Part shown: positions 11,715 through 23,499 of the stretch, piece after piece
Position numbering within the stretch: the first letter of the stretch is position 1
Layout: every line of letters begins with the position of its first letter
From: Ramazzottius varieornatus
Taxonomy: Eukaryota > Animalia > Tardigrada
Direction of reading: 5' to 3'
Assembly (NCBI GenBank): GCA_001949185.1
Contig: BDGG01000009.1
Coordinates: forward strand, 248,001 to 312,000
DNA length: 64,000 nucleotides
Notes under the pieces: model-generated
Told to the model about the DNA's origin: nothing
The model's input: the letters and a program-made list of their open reading frames with translations, nothing else
Databases searched by the model: none
Translations under genes and position numbers: made by a program

Positions 11715-14700
11715 ATGTCGCAAATCAGTATGCACAATGAATCGTCTTTGGCGACCATCCATTGGTCGCAAAACTTCGCCGTCAGCGAAGCTGTCAAGCA
11801 TCTAGCTGCAGTTCTGCGACTCTTAAGTCCTTCTGACCAATTAAAAATGGTAAGAGCTGAGTTGACAATATAGAAGAGAGGAACAGAATACATGCGTGCG
11901 GTATTTTGCAGATGGTTCGTTTGGAGTCATTTCTGGACATGGACGACCACGTTCGTTACTTGGCGGTGGTCTCTAGTTGCTCCACAGGCTCTGCTCATCC
12001 AGTCGAAGGTGCTCCTAATGTTCCTGATAAGGCGAAGAGTGCGGAGGAAGTTTGTGTATTGGGTATCGATGTGGCAATGCCCGTCAAGAGTTCGGTGATT
12101 CTTCCAGCAGCAGCAGCAACAGCAACCGAGCCATCCTCGCAGTCTGTACCTGCGTCCCCTGTCAAAGCTCAGCGCTCCCACTCGACAGTCTCGCCTGATC
12201 ACCATCATCATCAGACGATCGGTTCGAGGATCGCTTCACGAGCTCGCAAGTTCATGACGCTACCCAAACAGAAGAGCAAACCCAGTGTTCCTTCCCCGTC
12301 GTCCCTGGCACAGCGCCCGTCCGTCTCTTCCTCTCGTGTCATCCGGCTGGATGAACTCTCTTCCGCACCCGACGAAACGGACGCCAATGTTCATCTCGGA
12401 CTGACACTTCCCATTTGGGCTGATTCCAAAATCACCCTTGATGGCGACGGGTATGTGCATACTGTTCCCTTTCAGCCGTGTATCAACTAGTAACAGTCTA
12501 TTTTCTACGATATAATCAGTCAAGGCGGTGCTCGGCACAAACTTGACAGGCAATTTCGCAGAGAAAAGGTAGATTAGTTTTGCGTTTTTTGAAGTGGCGC
12601 ACGTTATCAGCTCTCAACAGTGTAAAAGTGCGCCACTTGTTGATGATCTGGGTAAATCTTTTGCACAAGTCCGCTTTACTGCTAAATTTCTTTCCACGAC
12701 CGAGATTTATCAGTTTCAAGAATGTTCGTGTGTTCTTTTAGAGGTTTTCGTGTGGAGAGCAAAGATCGTCATCACTGTTTCAAGCCTGTGTCAGTCCAAG
12801 CCATGTGGTCCGTTCTGCAGACGCTACTGCAGGCTTCAGAGAACGCTCGTCACCACCACCAACTCTCGCCCGCTGCTTGGAGCCATCGCAATCTTCACCT
12901 GTCGGTCTCGGCTTTCAACCTGCCATCTTCGGGCGTCTCCATTTTTTCCAGTTCCCCTTCTTCACACTCCGCAGCCGACTTGTCATCGCCCTCTGCATCC
13001 GTCCATCATCTCAGTCACGAATGGGTAGACAAGTACAGTCAGCGCATTGACTCGCAGTGGTGCAAAGAATGGCACCTCATCCTGGAAGACTATCTGACGT
13101 TGAGTGAAGAACAAAGCGAGTCGTGTGGAAGCAAAGCCAGGAGGCCGCTGAGTCCACATCTCTCTCGCCATCGCCAGCAAACCTACTCTCCCACCGAAAC
13201 CAAAATCCGCCAGAACCTCCGTGATGTCATGCTGAAAGTGGACCTCGAACAGGTACGGCACTAAACTGATTCGACAAGATCGTTTTCTCAAGTGGCGCAC
13301 ACTATCAGTATTATTGGCTGAAAGTGAGCGCCACTCGCAATAACGAGTTTTGTCGAGTTCGAAGGTTTTCCCAAGTGACGCATGCTTTCATTGTTATCGG
13401 GTGGAAGTGTGCGCCACTTGGAAGGACAACCAAGTCATGTGCCGACGCTCCATTTGGCATTACCTGGCGTTATTGGCATGACATGAGTCACATGACATGA
13501 AATAAACGTGACTGTATTGTAGGTCAACAGTAAAGAAATTCGTAGTCAAGTGGAGAAGAATCTAAAGATTGACCTATCCAGCTACAAGTCCTTCATCGAC
13601 CACGAGATCCTCGTCATCTTGGGACAGATGGACAAGGCTTCCGAGATCTTTGACTACCTGTATTTGGGCACCGAGTGGAACGCCAGCAACTTGGACGAAC
13701 TGACCACCAAAGACATCGGCCTGGTTCTCAACGTCACCACTGAAATCAACAACTCCTTCCCGGACAAGTTTGAGTATCGGAACATCCGCGTCAACGACGT
13801 AGAAGAAGAACCCATGGTCAAGCATTGGGAAGACTGTTTCCGCTACATTTCGGAAGCCAAGAAGGAACGCAAGCGGGTACTGGTCCATTGTAAGATGGGT
13901 GTTAGCCGCTCGGCTTCCGTCGTCATCGCCTACACCATGAAGGCCAACGACTGGAACTTGGAGCAAGCCATGAGATTCGTCCAGCAGAAGCGTGGTTGTG
14001 TCAAGCCTAACCCTGGTTTTATGAAACAACTGGAAGAGTACGAAGGCATCCTCGAAGCCAGGTACATTGAACAGTTTCCGGTTGACATACAAAGCCGTGC
14101 TGGCTCCTCCTGGATTTGGCACGGCACTGCACTGTACGACACTTCCGGTTCCGGCCGTTGTAACAGGCCATTATGCTGAATTTTTTTCCTTCTGTCTTTG
14201 CAGTAAACATCGAACAAGTTTCCAATCGGGTTTAACAGGTTCGACCTTGTCGCTGTGTGACACTCGTACCAGCAGGTATTCCAGTGCCGAGTTGGACGAA
14301 CTACTGGGATCTAACCTGCGTCGAGCTTCCTCAGAGTTCTTCTCCGTGCCCAACCTCTCGCCTTCCGTTCCGCAACGTTCTGTTTCCCTGAACCGCAAGT
14401 CACGCTTAGCTACCTTTTACTTGGAGAAGGAGTCGGACAGCTCACCGGAAAAGCAGACGAAGGAGGAAGGACGAGTCCAGCGGAGAAGCAAGAAGGAGAA
14501 GAAGGCTGTCCAGTGGGAACCGATCGCCGAAGTTAACCTGAAGGAAGACACGACAGACGACACGTTCGGTCTGATACGGGTAGTTGTCGACTCGCACACG
14601 TTCAGGACACCCGAAGAAGCTCTGGCAGTAACTTCACCTCGGCCAAGCTTTTCTCAGTCTGCAGACAAAGGTATAACGACATTCGAACCAGACAAAAATT

Positions 14701-15256
14701 AAAATTTTCATCGCTCGGCGTCATTTCTGCCTTTTTTCTACGATGAATTCAGTTCTGTCAAGGCCGTGCCAGGCGCAAAACTGCCCGAAATGATTACAGA
14801 AAAAGGGCGAAATCGGGGAGAAAGCCAGAATTGATTAATCAGTTATCACGGCTGAACTTTGGATCAGATGAAATCTTAACTTAGACGTTCATCTGACACT
14901 TTTACTTGCTTGTAGAGTATCCATTGACGTCCTCCTTCTGCCTGATGCGACAAGCCGCCAGTTCGTTGGTGACGACCATCCCCAAAGTGAAGGTGCGGCA
15001 GTCTCGCCTGTCTGCTTCCTCCGCCTTTGGTCTGTCCAACGCACCTTCTGCCAACGTCCCGACCAAAGAGCCCGGTAAGCTGCCAAGCGGAAACCGGCGT
15101 CCCGTGTCGGTTCACGTGTCGTCCTACCTCAAAGCCAAAGACCCGGTACAAACATTGGTCAAGTATTTTGACGAGCTGACGCATACGCCGGCTGGGCACA
15201 GTCCCGCTGTCAATACTACGCATCTCACGCCCGCCCCTCAAGCGGCACAAGTCTAG
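11715..15256 (+). CDS. ssh: Protein phosphatase Slingshot homolog (dual-specificity cofilin phosphatase), multi-exon; 5' end uncertain
   Basis: HLAAVLRLLSPSDQLKMMVRLES, LPIWADSKITLDGDG, FKPVSVQAMWSVLQ, YLGTEWNASN and catalytic VHCKMGVSRS. Exons about 11715-11849, 11912-12449, 12741-13252, 13523-14061, 14203-14669, 14915-15256. Confidence 0.92.
13262..13452. mobile_element. MITE family 1, double-core copy in a Slingshot intron
   Basis: Two tandem AAGTG(G/A)CGCA...GCGCCACT cores ending GCCGACGCTCCA. Confidence 0.8.
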
Positions 15257-16130
15257 TTTCTCATCCTTCCCAAGTCCCCTTCCTCTTTTCCCTACAGTCT
15301 TTCTGGCTCTTTGGCTGAAACCGAAGGCCAACACGCTCTCCTTGAGTTTTACACCCCGCTTTCTCCCCGTTGATTAGCCACCATCATTTTCAATTTGCAC
15401 GTTTTTCAAGACTGCTCGTTTACAAAATATTCCAACCAGTTGTACAGTTTCAGTGCGGGCGAATTAAATCACTGGTATAACACACTCGTCAAATTGGAGC
15501 TCGGCAAACAAACTCTTCTACATAGTTGTCCCAAGTGGTGCACTCTGTCAACAAAAACACTGGAAACATGCGCCGCTTGGGATAAGGATCTGGGCGAGTT
15601 AAGACAGATTTTTTTCGGAAGTACGCCACAGTTTTCGATAACATGTAAAATGTAGAAATGGTAAAACTGATAAAATTGGCCTTCTTTGGCTTTAAACTGC
15701 CAAATATATACAGGGGTGAGCCAAGATTACAGACGAAAGCCTGCAGGCTGTGTTTGCGAAAAATGTTACCTGTCTTCTGGCATTTACCAGTGCAGCTTCT
15801 GCTTTGACTTTTGTGTGTGACAGCACGAAAAGTTTTCAACGAACTGTCGCAAAACGCAGAGCACTCGTGACCGAGTCAGTTCGCCCCATGCAGCTGCCTT
15901 CAACACTTTGTAATCTTTAGTCTACTTACATACCTGCAGGACCTGCGGAAATATTGCAGAACGGAAAAGTCTGTTCCAGATTACGAACTTGTTTTAGTCA
16001 AACAGATGCTTTCCATGATCAGTCTCCAAGCTGCGCTTCCCTATCAAGATTAGCAGACTTCTTCTATCGAAACTGATCGTACCATATCGTTTCCATTACT
16101 TACAAGGCCTGGATCTGGCAAACTGGCATC

Positions 16131-18960
16131 ATGAACGTGGCTCTGGCAGGCGTTAAGGTACGTCCGCGGAACTTTACGGTGGTTTCCGCACTGAATGACC
16201 CTCCGTAACTCCATATTGAGTATTGTGCCTAGATTCGGCCCAAGCACAGTTATCACACTCCGCTGGCACCACAAAGACTCCACTCGGAAATAGTTCTTGG
16301 TGCCAATGCGGCAGCAACGCCTCCGGTGGCGTCCGGGACGGTCAGTTCCGCTGATACTTCCTTCTTCAGCTTTGCCAGGCACCCGCGCGATACTGAAAGC
16401 GATGACGTGGTGGGCGCACCTGCAGTAGCAATCGCCGGAAATCGAATCAACCCCGACAACTGGGTTCGCCTGGCCATCCAAGCTGACACGGAAGTTACAG
16501 ATGGTGAAGGTACGAGACTATTCGAGACTACTCGTACTGTAGACCCGTTGCTCGTGCTATCAAATTCAAAACTTAAAGAGGCTTTCGCAAGAATTAGAAA
16601 ACCAGCGCCTAAGGAGCTATAGAACGATATCCATATTGAAACGTACGCGTATCCAGGACAGTTGAAAGAAATGTGAGATCTCGGCAGACAAACTCGATCA
16701 GATCATTGTCCCAAGTGGCGCATGTTTTCAGCGGTACTGGCTGGAAGAGTGCGCCACTTGGAGGAAATTGGACAGGATCAGGGGATGCACGTTCTTTGTG
16801 TTATCAGCCGGAAGATTGCGCCGCTTGATCGGGAAAACAATCTGGTCAACGTTTTTTGCCGAGTTCCCATAAGCAACGACCATTGTTATGCATGTCACGT
16901 CATAGATGATGTCATATAATGTAATGTGTCCAGCGTTTGCCGCTTTTTTACAGAGGCCTACCCGATTTCGCCCATGTCAGTGAAGGCGGCGAAAATGCGG
17001 ACCATGTACGTGAATTGGGGGACCTACCTCCAGAGCCACATCATCACGCAAGACCAATTCGACTGCATCACCATCTTACTGACGTATGGGCGTCAGAAGC
17101 GCGAAGAACTGTGGAACAAGCATGGCATCCAATGTGCGCGACTGCTGGTGGAAATGACCAGCAACATCTCCAAAACGCCTACCGTCCAATATTTACTGAC
17201 TGTAATCGACGACCTGCTTCAAGTAAGGACTCGATAGCCATCCGTACTCCCTACTGTTCAAGTTTCAAGTCTACAATTGCGGTTATCCTTAGGAAGATCG
17301 CTTGAGGATCGAGGCTTTCCACGCTTATGCGGGAATGCGCAAAGGCCGCCGTGGTTGGGACTTGTTTCTGCCCTTCTTGAACCGCGATGACGCCTTCCTG
17401 GTCCACCAGGCGGCGCGTATCATCGCCAAGATGGCCTGCTGGAGCGCCCATGTCAGCATGAAGCACCCGGAAATTACCATGTACCTCTCTTTCCTCAAAG
17501 CTCAACTCCAATCTCCCGTGAGGTCTTTTCGAGCTTCTTCATCGCATGCTGCGTTCGGTATTTTCAAGTGGTATCTTGTGGTTGTAGGCGAACGAATATA
17601 AGGAGGCAACATTGCGCTGCCTGCAGATGATGCTTCGTATCGAGGATTATCGGCGAGCTTTTGTTACTCTCATGGGCGTCAACACGTTAGTTCGATGATA
17701 TAACAACGTCTGCCGCTGATTTTGTTATTCAGTTTATGCATATTTTGATGAGCTCTTCTTTCCCTAGACTGGTGGAAGTGATGGACAACAATACGTCTTT
17801 TCAAGTACAGTACCAGCTGGCCTTTTGCCTGTGGTGCTTGAGCTTTGGTCGGGAGCTCATCGCTGATCTCTACGAGTAAGTTTTTGCCAATTACCTTTGA
17901 CCATATCGATGTCGAAATGAGTTTGAGATACATCAATTTTCTCCTTCCAATTTCAGGAGCAAGACGGCTGAAGTACTCTGCAAGACGCTAGCCAACACCC
18001 TAAAAGAAAAGGTGGGACGATCATGCTGTCATTAAGTGACATTCCAAGTGGCGCACGTTCTCGTTGTTATTGGCTGAGTTTGTTCGCCACTTAGGAAACG
18101 ATCTGTCTGAGAAAAAACCATTTACCGACATTTCGGTTCTTTTCTTGGCCGCAGGTAGTCCGTATCGCCGTGGCTACTCTCCGCAACATGTTGGAGATAC
18201 CGGACGACCAAGAGCTGGTGCAAAACATAGCCACCACCATGATCCATTGCCGGCTGATGAAGACGCTGCAACACTTGAAGAGCCGCCAGTTTGCCGACGA
18301 GGATGTCAACGAGGACATTGACTTCCTGTGGGAGGTCTTGACAGACAATGCCTCGCAGATCAGCTCGTTCGACGAGTACGTCGCCGAACTCAAGTCCGGC
18401 AGCCTGGAATGGAGTCCCGTCCACAAAGACGACAAGTTCTGGCGGGAGAACGCCACCCGTTTCAACGTCAACAATTTCGAACTGCTCAAGTACTAACGCC
18501 CCAACCCTCTCCTTTCTCCTGCTTTGAATTTCCGTCTCATTTCTTTTTCAGAATACTGATTCGCCTGTTGGAAATCTCCAAGGACCCCTTGGTGCTCAGT
18601 GTGGCTCTTCATGATGTCGGTGAATATGTTCGGTGTTTCCCCAAAGGCAAAACGTACGTACTACATAGCTGGTATGTCATCCTGGATATTTAATATCGGT
18701 GTTTTGTAGAGCGGTGGAAGCTTTAGGTGGCAAGAGTAAAGCCATGGCTTTACTGAACCACGAGGATGGCAACGTACGGTACCAGGCCTTGCTGACCGTC
18801 CAGAAGATGCTCATACAAAACTGGTAAGTCCACAGTTACCCATTTGCATGCGGATATGTTTCTCGACGGTTTTTGACGGTTCAATTTTGCTAGGGAGTTT
18901 TTGGGAAAGCGAGTTCGACAGGGGCCCAGTGAAAGCGACAAGGAAGTTGAAGTAACCTAA
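16131..18960 (+). CDS. ATP6V1H: V-type proton ATPase subunit H, multi-exon, with a predicted N-terminal extension
   Basis: [78 protein letters not shown]; stop at 18960. Start codon is tentative. Confidence 0.9.
16677..16870. mobile_element. MITE family 1, double-core copy in a V-ATPase H intron
   Basis: CTCGGCAGACAAACTCGATCAGATC...two cores...TTTGCCGAGTTCCCA. Confidence 0.8.
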
Positions 18961-19633
18961 GGATTCAAGAACCCTACACAAACCCGACAAAAGAGTAGTC
19001 TGCCATAGCGGAGGAATAATACTGGTATTGCTGTTTTCCTGCAGCTCCGCTGCCTGACTTCCTCCTCTTCATACGATCCCCAGCTCAAATCATCAGATTT
19101 TGGGAGAAATTTATGGCTGCATTGTCGCAAAACCCTCGGGGTGCGACCAGTGTAACCAAAATAAATACGTGATTTTCATGTGACGATGGAATACTCTGGT
19201 GCGGGTTTTGCACTCACAGCTGTACTCTGGAATAGGCCTTCGAACATTCAATCTTACTTTTGCGACAAGAAAATGCCAATTTGGATACGTATCGCCTGTA
19301 AACTTACGGAACGAGGAAGTACCACAATTTTTCGTTCGCTGAGCAGAACAACAGGTCATCATGACATGACATAACATTCTTTTACCTCTCACATGTGTCA
19401 CATCGATGTGCGTCGAGAACGAAGACTGTCTTTGTTCTCGACGCTTTCGATTCGAATTTATTTCGAACCGAGCTTCTGAGTCACTGAGTGGTCGTTTGTT
19501 TTCCACGGTTCCCTCCTTCCTCCTTCAGAGTCAGGTAAGTGCAGTGAAGGTTCTCCAGAGTAAAGCTGGGTTAATGTGTGACTGTCTGTCTTGCAAGCGA
19601 TGTTGTAACTGTTGTTTGCACAGGTGCGCAACA

Positions 19634-22600
19634 ATGTTTCGCAAACGCAAAGACGTGCAGCCTCAGCGGACGGTGATGACCATCAAAAGAGCAGCAACCA
19701 CTTCCATCTCCCTTCCAGCTCCCAGGCGCAACTCTGAAGAAGAATCCGAAGTCTCTGATCTGGAAGTCACCGACTCCGATGCCGACTCGCAAGATGTCGA
19801 ACTGAAAGAGAAGCTACAATCGAACCGTGACCGTCGCCGTCCGCTAATAAGAAGCTCCACTCGACAACTGCCTCTCGCTCAGCCAAAGTTACCTTCCAGA
19901 GCCTCTCGTCCCTCCACCGACAACGATAAGCCCAGCTTACCCGCCTTGCGAGCCACACCAGCGCGACAAAGAGCGCTAGCGGAAGCTCGGCAAGCAAAGC
20001 AGAAAGAAGCCGTGACTCGTTCAAAGTCCCGCTCATCGCAACGTCGAGCCAAGAAACCATCACCTGTGCCTCCGAGCATGAGAAAGAAGCTTACAAAGCA
20101 AGTGTCAGCTAGAAAAATTAAGAAGAAAGCCGAGATAGAAGAGGACGATCAACCTCCACCTCGTCCCGCCACTCGCTTCGCTGATGATGTGGCGTCTATC
20201 CGTTCCGCGCGCGCATCTCCAGAGATACCGCAGCCTGGACCTGTGCTCAAGCGGAAGATATCTCTCGAGCTGGCTCGGCTGCTGGGAGACCAAGCAGAGT
20301 GGGGAATATGCAAGAAAGCCAAGCATTCCGCCGAGTCTGACGAAGGTACATTTGTGAGATTATGTCATGTCATATTGTATTGTATCATATTCCATTGCAT
20401 TGAGATGTGTTTAGCTGGTCCTACGAGGTCTCGCGATGAGTAGGTTTTACTCCTACCCGGCACTATGACTAACGGCCTGATGTGTGTTGGGTTAATGTAA
20501 TGGGGCACCGGAAATGGCTGCGCGAAGAAGCGAAGCCACTACTCGTTGTACCTGGCTGGTCCAATGTACTTTATCCGTGTTGTCTGTTTTAGGGGAAAAG
20601 AAGGATGAAAGTAAGAAGCCAAGACGGGCAGCAAGTCGGCGGAACCAGCGGCAGGCTGCAATAAGTCCTCCGCCAGCTGAAAGAGCCACGTCGTCAGTCC
20701 AAAGCAGCCGAGAGCGCAGTCCCCAGCGTTCTTCCCGTACTTCTAGCCCAGGACTGTCTGCAGAGTCTGCCGAAGAACCAAAGTGGGAGGCTGAGCAAGT
20801 TTTGAGCTACCGCCTGAAGACTGACGACCGTCCGGCCGAAGTGCGCATTCGCTGGAAGGGCTTCGGGCTGGAAACTGACAGTTGGGAACCCTTGAACAAC
20901 ATGGCTAGTCTGGTGTCCAAGATTAGTGAGGTTTTGTATCCCGACAACAAAGTCCTGGTGGTCAATAACGGCCGATTTTTCATCGTTGACCGAGAGGATG
21001 TGCTGTCTTCCACACCAGCTAAACTAATGGAAGTAGGCATGACACAGACTGAACCGGAAGAAGCCAAAGTGTATCATGATGTCCGTGTACAAACTGAGGC
21101 TACTCTAACTTCGAACATTCGAACACAAATAAACATGGTTTCCACTCTTAGCATGCAGACACAAACTAGCCTGGTCTCGTCTGCGGAAATTCCAACACAA
21201 ACAAACTTGGTCAAAGCGGTGGATGCACAGGCGCAAATAGATTTAGTCAAACAAGGAGCTGATATGCAGGTACAGACAGAGACAACGCCTTTAGTGGACG
21301 TCGAAGTGCAGTGTGACCAACCTGAGTGCGAAGAAAGAGTTACGCAGATGGTGGTGGTCAAGCAGGAAGAGAAAGAAGCGGACATGCCGGAAGTGGACAA
21401 CGGTCTGCCGGATGAGAACCACGAACCAGAAGTGGAAGCAGCGCCGCAATATCTAGAGTACCATCTGGTTTCGCCGGTTATAGGTAAATCTTCGTCGCGC
21501 CCATTTTCCTGGAATAGTGAAGTGTCTGAGTTGTAGAGAATAACAGAAAGCTCGGCAGACTAACTTGACCAAACCATTTTCCCAGGTGGCGCACGTTGTC
21601 AGTATACTGGCCGGAAGCATGCACCACTTGAGAAAATGACCTGGTTTGAGTTGTTTCTGCCATTTTTCTACGAAAGTAGCTATCCAGCTCGTGTTCGGCA
21701 CGGCCTTGACCAGGAATGTTCTCAGAAAAAGGCACAGGTAAAATATCTTTCTCTTTGCTACAGATGGAAATGGTGTCACGATGGTCTTTTCTCGCAAGGC
21801 GTTGGCCAGTCCAGCGGAAGAGAAGCAAATGGAAGATGAAGAAGAGAAAGCAGGTAACAGCGAGGAAGAAGTGGGAGAAGAGGAAGTTGACTGGTCATCC
21901 TTCAAGCCGGAGGAGGTGTCCATCGTCGGGCATGCTCTTCAGGAGGGTACTTCGAGAGTAGAGTGGCTGTATCGGGTGGTGGTGCGACGGACTGGTCCTG
22001 TACACGGTACCGAGCACCTCTTGACGCTGTCTACTTGTTTTCGCTATTTTGAGAAACCGTTGAAGACGTACTTGGCTCAGCTAGAGCAGAGCATTCGGGC
22101 CACGAAGTCGACGGTGGCACAACAGGGGAATCACACAGCGTTGGACGAAGTTCAGCGAGTCCGTACGGGCATAAATGTCCTGGCTCAACTCTGTAGTGAC
22201 CCACAAGGCTTTACCATTGTCCAGAATATCCTAAAGAACAGCGGACAGGAACAGACGTAAGTTCTTACATCCCTGGCGTTTAGTCGTCGAGATTCGAGCG
22301 TTATTTGGGAGCTTGGGAAAGAAAGTCGACCAGATCGTTTTCCGAGGTGCCGCACGCTTGTAGCCAAAATCGCTGTCGACGTGTGCCGATAACGGCCACC
22401 TGGTTCTTCTAGTGGCGCACGTCGTCAATGCTGTTGGCTGGGAGCGTGCGTCACTTGGAAAACGATGTGGTCCGAATACCGAGCTTCGATTCGTGCCTTG
22501 TTTCTACAGTATAGAGTACCTGTCAGAACCGTGATCGGCACAAAATTAAGAAGCATTATCGTAGGAAAGGGGGAAGTTACTCCCTACGACGGTTTGCCGT

Positions 22601-22750
22601 TCTCGTCTTCCCCTATAAACCATGAACTGACAATTGTTGTTCACTTCCTTTTACAGAGCTCTGGTCGATGATCCCCAAGTCAAAGCCGTTCTCCTTCGTA
22701 TCGTCGAACAGAACAACGCCGAAGATGACGAAGAAGAGGAAGAAGATTGA
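19634..22750 (+). CDS. HP1-like chromodomain protein: basic disordered N-terminus, chromodomain, TQT-repeat hinge, chromoshadow-like domain; 4 exons (~19634-20345, ~20593-21483, 21764-22256, ~22658-22750)
   Basis: Chromodomain WEAEQVLSYRLKTDDRPAEVRIRWKGFGLETDSWEPLNNM. C-terminal FKPEEVSIVGHALQEGTSRVEWLYRV...TCFRYFEKPLKTYL resembles a chromoshadow fold. Splice phases are compatible. Confidence 0.8.
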
Positions 22751-23499
22751 TGATCCGCCCAGAAACATTCTGCTGTCCAAACATTTGGCTCAAGTCAAGG
22801 TGTTCCTTCAAGGATGCCGCTTTCGGTTATTGACAGTTCGGTCTTCCATAAATGTCTATCTTATTCCTTCTCTAGCATGTGTACGAAATGTCCAGTTTTC
22901 GTTGAGCTTATTTCTCCATTTGGAAATCGGTCCACGGTGTAATCTTTTTCTACAATCTCTGGCCACAATCACCCTCTGATACACTGTACCTGCTCATGGT
23001 TGTTCTTTCCACGTTTTGGGCCTTTCCTTTCTCCAGATAGGGTCCTGCTTTTTGTACGATAAAACAGTGTGATTACTGTATTATTCGATTGATTCCGCAG
23101 AGCAGTTTCTTTGGGAGTAAACTGACGAAGAGCCAAACATATGAACGCCAGTTCCGTTTGAAGCTACTGTATTGAGTACGGCTCATGGGAAGACTAACTT
23201 AGGTATGACGATATTTACTCACACACCATGATCGTTCGATAAATGTGAATTACCATACAGCAGAAAAAAAGGAAACGAGAGGAGAAAACGTTGCTATATT
23301 TACAGATGAAAGATCCAGAGTGGGATTTAGATTAAGTTACATTTCGGCACAAACGACGAGCAGCAGGAAGAGCTCAATACAAAACATGCTTACATTACAG
23401 TGGGCAGTACTGAGTCAAGTCAAGAGGGATAGCTACAAGCTGAAAAATCGGAACATTAGAAGCGAGTGGGGGGGGGGGCCGTCGGAAAAACAAGACTTC

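Noticed and set aside
13253-13522. Family 1 as an intron-generating (introner) element
   Set aside because: Element ends do not coincide with splice sites, and copies also occur between genes.
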